62,337 nucleotides of DNA, from IMG/VR virus record IMGVR_UViG_3300036893_000002, positions 1 to 62,337 of that record; one strand, 5' to 3'. This DNA is from a virus. Lineage: Duplodnaviria; Caudoviricetes. Below are positions 30,423 to 40,305 of the stretch, in pieces. The position numbers were made by a program, and so were the translations under genes. Within the stretch, counting starts at the first letter, position 1. Each line of letters begins with the position of its first letter. Below the pieces are notes generated by a model, which saw only the letters and a list, made by a program, of their open reading frames with translations, was not told where the DNA came from and ran no database searches.

Positions 30423-31112
30423 TTAGATTGATGAGTCACCAGGGTTAGTAAGAGTATTCCTTTGTGTATTTGTATTGTTACTAACAAGTTGGAAGCTAGC
30501 AAACACATTACCATTAACCCTCTTTAGATATAATACAGGAGGGGTAACAGTTTGGTCGATATTCCACGATCCAAAAGAGCTATCATAAATATCTTGGACA
30601 AGAGCACAGATACTTCCACCGCCTAGTAAACTACCCACAGCTGTATTAGTAGCTAAAGCATTAGTTTTGATTATATTAGCTGTGGCATTAATAGCTTGAA
30701 CCAAAGGATCGTTCTGAGGAGGCACATACGAAGATGCTTGAAGTGTATAGGCTGCCTTAGCAACTGTAGCATCCTTTGCTACGGTAGCATCCTGTGCAAC
30801 CACGCCAGGAATGTAAGAGTCTCCAATCTGTAAAGTAGAGATATACTGGTTTGATATAACCGCTGAAGGCGACGTAGTGGCATAAGTAGTTAATCCTATA
30901 TAGTTCGCTGGGGACGTAAGTGGTACTGTAAATAAATACTTATAAACATAAGAAGTGCCTACTATATAGGTCATAGAAGCTGCTGATACTATAGGGACGG
31001 ATGGATTGGACACATCCAAAATAGTAATACTTGGACCACTTGTGACTAATGTAGATCCTGTATTTGGAATATTCAATATAAAAGTGTAGGTATCCCCTGG
31101 GTGGAAAGACAT
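30423..31112 (-). CDS. Virion structural protein (Ig-like N-terminus, VAKDAT repeats)
   Basis: VAQDATVAKDATVAK; AAGGAG RBS. Confidence 0.45.
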   Translation of the reverse strand: MSFHPGDTYTFILNIPNTGSTLVTSGPSITILDVSNPSVPIVSAASMTYIVGTSYVYKYLFTVPLTSPANYIGLTTYATTSPSAVISNQYISTLQIGDSYIPGVVAQDATVAKDATVAKAAYTLQASSYVPPQNDPLVQAINATANIIKTNALATNTAVGSLLGGGSICALVQDIYDSSFGSWNIDQTVTPPVLYLKRVNGNVFASFQLVSNNTNTQRNTLTNPGDSSI

Positions 31113-31121
31113 AATTACTCC

Positions 31122-31892
31122 TTAATGTATAAGTCCTGTAATAAATCCAGCTACAAAACCAATGCCAAACCATTTGAACTTTCCCTTGGTTGCTTCAGTT
31201 TTAGCTGCGCTAAGTTCATTTTTAGTTAACTGGAGGGTAGCTTGTGAGGCTTCAAGTTTTGCCACTCCAGCAGTATTGTCTGACTCATGAGCCTGTTTCT
31301 CCAACGACAAGGCTTGAACCTCGTTGGAAAGTTGACTCGAAGTATCTTTGAGTTCTTCATTGACATTGGCCAAGTTTGTAGTAAGGACGGGAATGGCCTC
31401 AAGTTGTTGCACCGTAACAAGGGCATCCTCCTGGCTCAGGTTGAACGAGCCGTCTTTAGCAATTGTGATCGGAAGCGGAAGTGCCACAAGAGTTGTCCAA
31501 CGGCTACTGAGTTGAGTAGGCTCCAAACTGGCATCGGTATGTTGTTGCTGGTGAAGCGCAGCATTGTTGGCTGCCACCTGGACGGAAAGATTGCTAATTT
31601 GCTGTTGTAAAGTGGCATTGGTATCTTGTAATTGTTTCAACTGGGCATTAGTCTGCGCCTGGAGTATTTGATTATTGTCGGCCAACTTCTTCGCAGTATT
31701 CTCAGACTCTGCGACCTGTTGTAGGGCAATTGAGGATTTTGCTTCAGCAATCTCTGCCCTCTTAGATTCAAATTCATAAAGACCAAATAACAAGAGACAT
31801 ACTACCAATACTATCAGAACTAGATGCTTACTGTCAAGCCAAACACCTATAGTTGATTCTATTTTAGATATTTCTGTTTGTGCTGTAGCCAT
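31122..31892 (-). CDS. Spanin-like coiled-coil membrane protein
   Basis: N-terminal TM helix, long Gln-rich coiled coil and C-terminal hydrophobic helix; directly after the endolysin. Confidence 0.5.
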   Translation of the reverse strand: MATAQTEISKIESTIGVWLDSKHLVLIVLVVCLLLFGLYEFESKRAEIAEAKSSIALQQVAESENTAKKLADNNQILQAQTNAQLKQLQDTNATLQQQISNLSVQVAANNAALHQQQHTDASLEPTQLSSRWTTLVALPLPITIAKDGSFNLSQEDALVTVQQLEAIPVLTTNLANVNEELKDTSSQLSNEVQALSLEKQAHESDNTAGVAKLEASQATLQLTKNELSAAKTEATKGKFKWFGIGFVAGFITGLIH

Positions 31893-31895
31893 ATA

Positions 31896-32402
31896 TTACT
31901 CGTGGAAAGTAGCTTTAGCTCTATTTATCCAGCCATCAAGATACTTAGCCTTAGCTGGGTTCCTTGCTACTATATCTTGGTAATAAGCAATCTGAGCAGT
32001 CTCTAACTTATATACGAAAGTCTGTGGATCTTGAACATTGATAGCTGCTAATGTAATAGGACCTACAACACCATCTGCTGTTAGTTCCAGACAATGCTGA
32101 ACAAGTATAATAGCTTCTGTTCCATCGTTTACATCAAAGCTAAGAACCTCGGCTGCAACCATATCAGCAGTAATATCATCACCTCTAAACTTATCCCAGT
32201 ATCTTCGCCTATAAGTTACCTTAGCTATAGATAAAGCTGTACAAGAATCGCAGGTATAAAAGTTCTGACTGGCTAATTCAGGGTTCCAAGTATTAAGCAA
32301 TCCAAACCTAGTTATCCCATCAGCATCCTTTGTGACTTCACCTTTCAAAGTGCTATCTTCTAATCGTAATACCCAATCTATACACTTATTATAATCAGCC
32401 AT
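31896..32402 (-). CDS. Endolysin, glycoside hydrolase family 108-like, with peptidoglycan-binding region
   Basis: VLRLE..D..GITRFGL..Y...YW..DGVVGPITLAAIN..YLDGWINR. Confidence 0.8.
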   Translation of the reverse strand: MADYNKCIDWVLRLEDSTLKGEVTKDADGITRFGLLNTWNPELASQNFYTCDSCTALSIAKVTYRRRYWDKFRGDDITADMVAAEVLSFDVNDGTEAIILVQHCLELTADGVVGPITLAAINVQDPQTFVYKLETAQIAYYQDIVARNPAKAKYLDGWINRAKATFHE

Positions 32403-33478
32403 TAGGCTACTCCAGTCAAGGTTACTATGATCTTATTTCCTTGTACTATATAACTTGCTGTAGCACCCATAGGAACCATAACATCAGGATCATTAAGAAT
32501 AGGTGCAATACCTATTAGAAGCTGAGTAGGATCAAAAGTATTAGTATCTATTGCTGCTGGAAATACTAATTCAATCTGCTGGGTTAAATCATTACCGACT
32601 GGGGGTCTTGGAATCACCTGAATCTGATCCGCTGTTAGCATACTAATAGGATTAGATGCTATTGGATTCTGAATTGGTGGAGTCGTAAGATTGAGAGTTC
32701 CAGTTGTGAAAGACCACTGGTACGAAGTGAGGACAGGGTTTCCCGAGACATCTTCGACGTAATTCGTCGCCAGTACCGAATCTTTACCCACAACGAGACA
32801 CGTGTAAATTTGCCCAGGTAATAAGGGGGCTGACGGTGTGAATGTCGCAGTTGTCCTATTACTGTTCGCAATTCCGCCATTGAGCCAGACGACAGGGTTG
32901 AGGGGGCCATAGTTAGTCCAGGTTACTTGGTTATCGAAAGTCGTACCACTCAAAGTCATATTAAAAGTGGGTATCGTAGAACCTGTAGTTCCAGCTACGG
33001 TACACTTCTGTAAGTTACCATTAGGATCCAATATATAGTTACCAAAGCTATAAGTAGTAGTCTGCCAATTTGGTACATCATTATCAGTAGTGCTATTACC
33101 TAATACCGTAGACCAAGTAGGAGCATAAGGAGAAGATGTTCCAGCCTGAGTAACAGTTTGGAGATTACCATTACTATCTACTATAGCATTACCAACTACA
33201 TAAGGATGACCAGCTACCCAAGTACTAAGAGTCACAGTTGAGAAAGCATAAGTACCTAAAATAAAACCCCTGCCAGGAACTGAGTCAGGGGGTTCTTCTA
33301 CTAACTGTTGTGGGGTGACTATGGCAGTTTGACTTGGACCTACTAATGTAAACGTAGCATTATTAAATGAGTCTGTATTGATAGGCTCAGAGAAAGTAAC
33401 AATTATATCAGTCCCTAATACAATATCAGTTGCATTAGGAGCTGGGATCACATTCACTACTGCTGGATTCGTTGGCAT
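32402..33478 (-). CDS. Ig-like (Big_5-type) virion protein with two inserted carbohydrate-binding-like repeats
   Basis: P..NATDI..I.VTFSEPIN..F.L..TFTPSAPL..Y..D.SGN....YQWSFTT, plus two DxNGNLQ repeats. Confidence 0.65.
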   Translation of the reverse strand: MPTNPAVVNVIPAPNATDIVLGTDIIVTFSEPINTDSFNNATFTLVGPSQTAIVTPQQLVEEPPDSVPGRGFILGTYAFSTVTLSTWVAGHPYVVGNAIVDSNGNLQTVTQAGTSSPYAPTWSTVLGNSTTDNDVPNWQTTTYSFGNYILDPNGNLQKCTVAGTTGSTIPTFNMTLSGTTFDNQVTWTNYGPLNPVVWLNGGIANSNRTTATFTPSAPLLPGQIYTCLVVGKDSVLATNYVEDVSGNPVLTSYQWSFTTGTLNLTTPPIQNPIASNPISMLTADQIQVIPRPPVGNDLTQQIELVFPAAIDTNTFDPTQLLIGIAPILNDPDVMVPMGATASYIVQGNKIIVTLTGVA

Positions 33479-33968
33479 TGGGTTCTAGGTCAGTTATTGT
33501 AATAGCACTTAAGTGCGTAGGCATTTGAATCTTCTGCTCTAACTCTGGGAATACACTAAAATCAATCTTACCTGTATCTGCTATCTGTTGACGCAGAGTT
33601 GCTTCCTGTTCTTTATCTTTAGGTGTTATTAGACAGTAGCATTTAACTCCATCTATAATCCTAAAAATAAAGAATGACTCTGGCCTGTCAGTTTCTAACT
33701 CTTTGACAGGATCCAATGCCGCATTCATTGTTTTGATTGCTTCAAGACCTACTTCGATAAGCCGCCCATCTAAGACAGCCTGGTGAAGCATGTCCATCTG
33801 GGCATTGGGAGGGACTAACGATGCAGGCATTCTGGGACCCAGCCAAAACCCACCGCACTGAAACTTCTGAGCACGTTCAGGATTAAGAGCTAAGATTTTA
33901 CCTGCATAGTTAGGTGTTGAAGGGAATTGTATTATGTTAGACATCTTTGGACCTCCATTGGGTCGCAC
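33435..33968 (-). CDS. Hypothetical protein (start may be the Met at 33944)
   Basis: ORF; GGAGG RBS precedes MSNIIQFP. Confidence 0.5.
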   Translation of the reverse strand: MRPNGGPKMSNIIQFPSTPNYAGKILALNPERAQKFQCGGFWLGPRMPASLVPPNAQMDMLHQAVLDGRLIEVGLEAIKTMNAALDPVKELETDRPESFFIFRIIDGVKCYCLITPKDKEQEATLRQQIADTGKIDFSVFPELEQKIQMPTHLSAITITDLEPNANESSSSECDPSS

Positions 33969-33983
33969 AATCTATTATACTAC

Positions 33984-34829
33984 TTATCCTACTGGAACGA
34001 AATTACCATTAGGAGCAAATGCTGTAGCTGAGATAGTGATATTGGCACCATAAGTAGCTAATGTAGAGATAGCTCCTTCATCAGTCCAAGTTATTTCACC
34101 ATCAACAGTTGTGCCACCTGATGTGCTAAACGATGGTGCTGCAGGAACATTCTCCTGATAGGTAGAAGAACTCTTGGCAATTTGCCAACCAGTTGAATGA
34201 GTAACTCCGCCAGCATCTGTGTAAGCAATTGGACCATTAGGACCAATTTCTGAATAAGAAGCATCAGTCTCAACTGTATCAGTTCCCGTTACATTAGGTG
34301 AAGAAATACCTTCGCCACCTCTTGTAGAATATCCAGCTCCTACCCAAGCATATGTTGGTGTACCACTACCAGTTGCTTGGTAAGAATTACCACCAGAATA
34401 AGCTGGCTGATCACCTGCTGGATCAGCATAATTCGGAACTGAACCAGGATAACCAAATGGCTTCTGTGAAGGTGGAATCTGAGCCTGTATCGATGGGTAT
34501 GTTACAGTCTGGATCTGGTGGCCAGTTGTAGCAGTGACTTGTTGAATATGACCATTCTGATCATAGATCTGATCTCCAATTCTGTACTGATGATCAGGCT
34601 GCCACTGTTGACCTTTAGCCTTGACGGTTACAGTTACAACACCGGTATCAGTGGTATCCGTACCTGGAGTAAATAGGCAAGACTGAGTATCCTGAGATGG
34701 AGTTAATACACCAACCCCAGTAGATCCAGAATGGGTAATTGACCAAGTTACGGTTCCACCCACTGCTGGTTGAGGTAGAACCAATGTTACATTTTGAGTA
34801 GATGGAAGTACGTATGTGGGTGCTGACAT
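33984..34829 (-). CDS. Capsid-associated/decoration protein with a split carbohydrate-binding-like module
   Basis: WQPDHQYRIGDQIYDQNGHIQQVT ... PSFSTSGGTTVDGEITWT; follows the major capsid gene. Confidence 0.5.
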   Translation of the reverse strand: MSAPTYVLPSTQNVTLVLPQPAVGGTVTWSITHSGSTGVGVLTPSQDTQSCLFTPGTDTTDTGVVTVTVKAKGQQWQPDHQYRIGDQIYDQNGHIQQVTATTGHQIQTVTYPSIQAQIPPSQKPFGYPGSVPNYADPAGDQPAYSGGNSYQATGSGTPTYAWVGAGYSTRGGEGISSPNVTGTDTVETDASYSEIGPNGPIAYTDAGGVTHSTGWQIAKSSSTYQENVPAAPSFSTSGGTTVDGEITWTDEGAISTLATYGANITISATAFAPNGNFVPVG

Positions 34830-34861
34830 TTTTTATTCCTCTCTGAGTAATCTGTGGACAC

Positions 34862-34920
34862 AAAAAAAGAGTGGCCTTATAAATCGGCCCAGTTCCCCGA
34901 GCCGAGATAGGGCCACTCTC
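34862..34920 (-). terminator. Rho-independent terminator after the major capsid gene
   Basis: Minus strand: GAGAGTGGCCCTAT..CGGCTC..GGGCCG..ATAAGGCCACTCT followed by a T run. Confidence 0.8.
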
Positions 34921-34951
34921 TAGTATTTCTAAGCTACTTTAAGCCACCAAC

Positions 34952-36316
34952 TTAGTCGTTGGATGGTAGATCTGACAAGCTTGATGCTGTTGGGTCGATT
35001 GGACTTCCACCGAAGATAGATACATTTTCGTAAGTCTGGAAGTTTCCTGCGGCCTGCTGAACACCGATGTCCATAATAGAGCGAGCTGGAAGCACGATCT
35101 CGTTTGGACGAAGCTTAATATTCTTTGCCACGCCTATTGCCTGACCTTCATTTAAGATACCAAACCCATAAGACTCTTCGATACCAATGTTACGTAGATC
35201 ATACATTGGATCATCCCACGAGTTAACATGAGGATCCTGGTCTACGATAAGAGCACCAAGGTTCTGGCTATTGAAAAGAAGTGTATTCACGACACGATTG
35301 ATTGGATCGAAATACATGAATGGGCTAACTATAATTCTAAATGGTAGACCAAGGTAATTAGGAAGCGTTGGTCCAGACTTCTGGGTCTGTGGTAGACCTG
35401 CAGTTGTTGCTGTCTGACCTCCAGTTAGTGCTCCCTGTGTATACTGACCAGTCTGACCTTGACCGAATCCGAGGTTTCCATAGTTAAAGAATGGATTGGC
35501 GAACTCGTTTGGCTTACCAGTAAAGTTGGCGAAGAAAGAACCACCACCAGCCTGGATAGCAAATTCTCTAAGGACAGGATCCTTGACCCACTGTAACCAA
35601 GACATTGGGTGAATCAACATTGTATCTGGAATGAAACCCTGCATTAGGACCTGAGCGTACATATCATATACGTCATCAGCGGTCATAGAACCATTAAACT
35701 GTCCCTTGAGGTTTCGACCAGTTGTAATACCCTTGACTGGCTGAACAGCTGCACCTGAAGTACGAGCTGCTGGAGAGTTATCAAAGATAACCGTACCAAG
35801 ACCAGTGATAAAATTGAAGATGTACTCTTCCTTGTGGCGAGCTAGAGCATTACCTGCTAGTCTCATCCAGTACTGAATCCAAGGATAAGTAGACTGTTCA
35901 ACGAAACGTTCGGAGATTCTGAGGGCCAAACCATGACGCTTGACAGTGACGCCAAAGGTCTGTGCTCCACCGACGTTGATGTTGAAGATTGGAAGTGCCA
36001 TACCGTCGCCAACTTCACGAGCAGTCAACACATCAATAGCTGGGAACACAGTCTGCATGCCAGGGACATAATCGACCCGCTGGAGTAGAGAGGTTCCAAT
36101 CAGCATAGGTTCGATACCTTCTTGGACGAAGGTTGTTAGAACCCTAGGGATTAAGAAGGCAGCATTTGGAATGTCCAAAGCGTCCTTCATCGAGATTTTC
36201 TTATTCTCGACTGGGTCAAATCCACTCGTACGGAAGATTACTTCCATACGTGCTAGGTCTGTCTTAACCTGAGCATCGTTCCAGTCGGGCTGTTCGATCT
36301 TTGCATTCTTTGGCAT
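34952..36316 (-). CDS. Major capsid protein (HK97-like)
   Basis: 454 aa; AFLIPRVL..REVGDG..KRHGLALRIS..ALARHKEE..PDTMLIHP..IIVSPF..IEESYGFGILN; AGGAG RBS, downstream terminator and gene order. Confidence 0.85.
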   Translation of the reverse strand: MPKNAKIEQPDWNDAQVKTDLARMEVIFRTSGFDPVENKKISMKDALDIPNAAFLIPRVLTTFVQEGIEPMLIGTSLLQRVDYVPGMQTVFPAIDVLTAREVGDGMALPIFNINVGGAQTFGVTVKRHGLALRISERFVEQSTYPWIQYWMRLAGNALARHKEEYIFNFITGLGTVIFDNSPAARTSGAAVQPVKGITTGRNLKGQFNGSMTADDVYDMYAQVLMQGFIPDTMLIHPMSWLQWVKDPVLREFAIQAGGGSFFANFTGKPNEFANPFFNYGNLGFGQGQTGQYTQGALTGGQTATTAGLPQTQKSGPTLPNYLGLPFRIIVSPFMYFDPINRVVNTLLFNSQNLGALIVDQDPHVNSWDDPMYDLRNIGIEESYGFGILNEGQAIGVAKNIKLRPNEIVLPARSIMDIGVQQAAGNFQTYENVSIFGGSPIDPTASSLSDLPSND

Positions 36317-36355
36317 TTACTATCTCCTAAATCAATTTGGATTACTTTGAATCTC

Positions 36356-36580
36356 TTAAGAATTTTTAGCTAAATCATCCCGAGCTGGAGCCAGCTTAAC
36401 TTCGATCTCCTGATGACAACGTTCGCACCTGAAGTTCCCTGCTATCTGTCCCTGTTCGTTCTTCTTACTTAAAAGCTTGTTACAGATCTTACGTAGATCA
36501 TTAGGTCTTGGAGCGGCACATCTTAAAGAATCGCCCTGAATTACAGCCTTTCCAATAGTAATGTAAGTCAGGAGACGCAT
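36356..36580 (-). CDS. Mu Com-like zinc-ribbon protein
   Basis: LRC..ICNKLL..FRCERCHQ; GAGGA RBS. Confidence 0.55.
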   Translation of the reverse strand: MRLLTYITIGKAVIQGDSLRCAAPRPNDLRKICNKLLSKKNEQGQIAGNFRCERCHQEIEVKLAPARDDLAKNS

Positions 36581-36626
36581 TGGTCCTCTCTATAGTCCTA
36601 AAAAACAAACAACTTCCTAACCCTTA

Positions 36627-38105
36627 TTATCGGGCTAGGAAGTGAATGTAGACGTAAGTTCCGTATTCTGGTCTGATGGTCTTATTCTGATCAGATGCTA
36701 ACCGAAGGATACCATCGTTAGTCAAGTTGATCATATAATCCATACCACGAGTTGCTGAACCACCAAGCTGTCCAATTGAAGGAGTCTTGGTTGTGAAAGG
36801 TCCAACAGCCTCTGTTGCACGTTCAAACTGTGTTCTTACCCTGTTGGCAAAGTCACGAATAGGATACATGCTTTCCACACCAAGGATTCTTCCACAGATT
36901 TCATCAAAGCCATTGACGGCTGAGTTATAAGGAGCAAAGTTACCAGTATCTGCACCAGAACCTGCTCTTGAAGGTACAACTGAAAGACCATTTAGTAAAT
37001 ATGGGTTGCCTGCAGTTCCGCCAGTAAAGTGCACGAAAGAACGGCCGAAGTCAGTCTGGACATAACCAGAGATACCATCAGCAGTTGCAAATGACTGTAG
37101 AGCTGTTGGAGATGCTCCAATCCAAGGCATGCGTAGGACGAAGTGGGTCTGTACAGCAGTTCCCATTTCATGCATGTAGTTATGAACTCTGAACTGTATT
37201 GGAATCATTGATTCTACTGTGTAGAAGATTCCACCAGTTGTAGAGATTAGGTTAACTCCACCTAGGAACTGGAAGACGTTCCTGATACAATAACCGATTG
37301 GTCTTGCAACTCCACTTGGCACTAGGGTACATGCCTGAGCGAAAGTAATATCACCAGAAGCTACAGTGATAACATTACCATCTGGGAATACTATAATATC
37401 GCCTACTGCGGCGTCTCCAGGGGCTGCTAAGACTTCGTATTCACCAGCGGCTGCTACTGGATTACCTGTAGCAGGATTGCGGGCAAACCCGACGTCATTC
37501 TGACCATACTGGACTGCTTGATACTGTCCCTGATAATCTCGGAAAGTACCAGCATTGAGAGTCTTAATTGTAATGTTAGTTAGACCTGTACCGAAAGAAA
37601 TTGAGTTAGAAGTTACAGCTGATAGAACATAACTACCAGAGGCTGCAGCGATTGCGGCATCAGCTCCTGCGTCAGCTAAGCTAGCAAAAGTAACTGTATC
37701 ACCAACTGCTACTCCAGCAGGAACAGCTGAAGGAGTACCAGCATAAGTAAGAGTTGCAACTCCACCAGTAATAACAAGTTGTGCACCAACGGTTGCGATA
37801 CCAGTACCACCAGTATTAGCAAAGTTAGACTTTAGAGTTGAAGTAGCTGTGGTTCCAGACTGCATACCAGCTGGGATTAGAGCTCCAGACTTATCAACGC
37901 CCACCATCTGGTGAGAACTGATAACAACCTGAGCACCTACTGGATGACCTTCATCAAGTCTTCGGCCAGGAAGCCAAGGAGCTGGATAAGGGACAGGAAG
38001 GAATGGGCGCAGTGGTTCTGATGCATCAGCATCAGGAGTGGTGTATCCCAAACGGTCTCTGCCGTATAAGGTACCACGATAATTATTATTAATATCGAGA
38101 GACAT
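36627..38105 (-). CDS. Putative head decoration/minor capsid protein
   Basis: 492 aa, Gly/Ala/Thr-rich, between the protease/scaffold and major capsid genes. Confidence 0.55.
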   Translation of the reverse strand: MSLDINNNYRGTLYGRDRLGYTTPDADASEPLRPFLPVPYPAPWLPGRRLDEGHPVGAQVVISSHQMVGVDKSGALIPAGMQSGTTATSTLKSNFANTGGTGIATVGAQLVITGGVATLTYAGTPSAVPAGVAVGDTVTFASLADAGADAAIAAASGSYVLSAVTSNSISFGTGLTNITIKTLNAGTFRDYQGQYQAVQYGQNDVGFARNPATGNPVAAAGEYEVLAAPGDAAVGDIIVFPDGNVITVASGDITFAQACTLVPSGVARPIGYCIRNVFQFLGGVNLISTTGGIFYTVESMIPIQFRVHNYMHEMGTAVQTHFVLRMPWIGASPTALQSFATADGISGYVQTDFGRSFVHFTGGTAGNPYLLNGLSVVPSRAGSGADTGNFAPYNSAVNGFDEICGRILGVESMYPIRDFANRVRTQFERATEAVGPFTTKTPSIGQLGGSATRGMDYMINLTNDGILRLASDQNKTIRPEYGTYVYIHFLAR

Positions 38106-38108
38106 GTA

Positions 38109-40118
38109 TTACTCCTTTGAGGTCACACCTGAGGTTTTTAGTCTTGCTTCAAATAGCAGGACGCCTCTGGCTGCCTTTGGATCTTTTGGAAGTTTACGTG
38201 CTGGAGGATCAGTTTTACTGTCCTTTACGTCAGTCACGGTTGTAGTTTCAGTTGAGAGCTGGACACCATCTTTTACTTCTTTAGCTCCTGCCTCTGTTGG
38301 GCTCGTTGCAGCTGAACCACCCTGGAAAACAAAGTTGGACAGCTTAGCCAACTCATCACCCAGTGCATCTCTCAAGCTTGCCAGGCTGCGCTGTTCTCTT
38401 TCCTTAACCTTATCTTGAATCTGGGTTTCGGAAAGACCCTGGAAGCCAGCTTCTCCTGTGAGCACTTTAATTGCTACAAGTGTCGTGGCCCTATCTTTCT
38501 TCAGGCTCTTCACAAGGGACGTATTCTGTAACTGTAAAGCTTCGGAATCTGATTTAAGTGCAACAATCTGTGTTTCTAAGCGTTCATGACCTGTCATTAA
38601 GGTATCATGCTCTTCTTTGGAAAGGACGATTGAATCCTTTGGTGCATCAACTACAGGAGCTTTTGGATTCCAATGATCCAGTAATGCGGCTAAGATATTA
38701 ACAATGTGTGGCTTAACTTCTGTATCGGCAGCTGTATAAAGACCGTCAGCTACATTTACAAAACTAATTACCTCAGCTGGAACCTTTGCATCTTCAAACT
38801 TGAATGCTTCTACTGTATGTAGGGTATCAAGAAGAGTCTTTGGAGGTTCAACATTATCAGTAGCTGTCTTAGCTTCCTGTGAAATTTGGAGGCTTTCAAC
38901 ATCGACAGATGGAACTTCCAACTCGAACTGCTTCGCCTCTTCGGTTATGCGAGCTAGGTATACCTTTCTTGCATCTACCGACATATCTTGCAGAGAAGGA
39001 ATTAAAGTCTCAATTCTAGCTTCGACTTGTTCCTTTGTAATCTCTGGCTTAACTGTATCTTCTAAATTGTGCTTCTGAACGTGAGATTTCAGAGTAGTCT
39101 GAACTCTACGAACTAATTCTTTCTCACTATCTTCTTTAGGTTCAAGAGCTTTAATAGCGGTGGTAATAGCAACTGCCCTCTCTTTCGTGAGAGGGGCTTT
39201 ATTCATTTCATCTAGAAAACCTTGGAGCTCAACAAGCATTTTGCTGTCCTTAATTTCGGGTTCTGCAACCTGTATATCTGATTCATAGATCTTAGCTAAT
39301 AAGTTATCAGTCATTTCACAGGCTGTCAGTACTGTCAGTCTACGTTCTGGACGTAGGCCCATAAAGAACATCTTATTCTGCAAGCTATCTTGTAGTAATT
39401 CCTTAGAGATAACCTGAGCAAATGGATCGGCGGGGAAGTTAACGAAACTGCATTCCTTATAGAAGAAGTTACCGGCGATAAGGAACATCTTCTTACCGTC
39501 TACTAATTCTCCTAACTTATGCTCACATCGATCATCAGTTGCCCAATCGGTATGGCATGCGGAACAGATAGCTTGGTCAGTCTGAAAACCAACCGAGACT
39601 GTTAAATACTCACCTGCTAAAACCTTTCGGATAGCATCTGGGCTAGTAATCTTTAATCCTAACTCAATGTATCCTAAACCTCTATAGTCATTTATAGTCT
39701 GTAGTTTATCAAGGACTAAGTTGACTGACTTAAAGAGATCTAAACGCTTTGTAGCTGCATCAGCGTAGAAAAGCATGTCTCCAACTTCTGGGACTTCATT
39801 TCTATACTGGTGAGACAGATCAATATAACGAGCCTTGTGAACCCGTCCTATTGCTTCGCCCTCTTTATCGTGTTCCACTAAGACAGGCTTTAAAGGCATG
39901 TCTTTCTGTGTCCATTGATACACCGAATCTTGCATTCGGTCTGGGCGGTAGAATCTTTGATTACCGTTTACTATACCAGAGTGAGTAGCTTCTACTAATG
40001 TAAGTAGGCTCTTACCAGTTGTCTCTGAACTATCAGAGCAGTCAGCAAGAGTTCTCTTTCCAGGTTCAATTTCCTTAACACGGAAATTGCAGTAATCCCG
40101 CATATAAAGCAAACCCAT
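38109..40118 (-). CDS. Prohead protease-scaffold fusion
   Basis: N-terminal VLVEHD..AIGRV..YLTVSVGF..C.ACH..CEH..ECSFVNFPADPFA; C-terminal acidic coiled coil. The start is probably MGLLY at 40118 rather than 40193. Confidence 0.7.
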   Translation of the reverse strand: MGLLYMRDYCNFRVKEIEPGKRTLADCSDSSETTGKSLLTLVEATHSGIVNGNQRFYRPDRMQDSVYQWTQKDMPLKPVLVEHDKEGEAIGRVHKARYIDLSHQYRNEVPEVGDMLFYADAATKRLDLFKSVNLVLDKLQTINDYRGLGYIELGLKITSPDAIRKVLAGEYLTVSVGFQTDQAICSACHTDWATDDRCEHKLGELVDGKKMFLIAGNFFYKECSFVNFPADPFAQVISKELLQDSLQNKMFFMGLRPERRLTVLTACEMTDNLLAKIYESDIQVAEPEIKDSKMLVELQGFLDEMNKAPLTKERAVAITTAIKALEPKEDSEKELVRRVQTTLKSHVQKHNLEDTVKPEITKEQVEARIETLIPSLQDMSVDARKVYLARITEEAKQFELEVPSVDVESLQISQEAKTATDNVEPPKTLLDTLHTVEAFKFEDAKVPAEVISFVNVADGLYTAADTEVKPHIVNILAALLDHWNPKAPVVDAPKDSIVLSKEEHDTLMTGHERLETQIVALKSDSEALQLQNTSLVKSLKKDRATTLVAIKVLTGEAGFQGLSETQIQDKVKEREQRSLASLRDALGDELAKLSNFVFQGGSAATSPTEAGAKEVKDGVQLSTETTTVTDVKDSKTDPPARKLPKDPKAARGVLLFEARLKTSGVTSKE

Positions 40119-40125
40119 GTTAAAA

Positions 40126-40305
40126 CTACCTCTGTGATTCAGTCGAAGGCTTGAGCTGAAGTTCAAGAACTTTACTAGCTCTCTGTTGAGCATTCATCTT
40201 AGAATGTTGAACCAAGTTACCTAATACTTGAGGAAGAGCACCATTTAATACAGCATTCTTTTGATCTCTAGTCGGTGGAACTTTCGACATCGGTTTCTTC
40301 GGCAT
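40126..40305 (-). CDS. Small basic protein (59 aa, not in ORF track)
   Basis: MPKKPMSKVPPTRDQKNAVLNGALPQVLG...ESQR with GAGGA RBS; overlaps the portal 3' end. Confidence 0.55.
   Translation of the reverse strand: MPKKPMSKVPPTRDQKNAVLNGALPQVLGNLVQHSKMNAQQRASKVLELQLKPSTESQR

Noticed and set aside
40119-40193. 5' extension of the protease ORF to 40193
   Set aside because: It overlaps the 59-aa ORF, and the Met at 40118 has a GAGG RBS.
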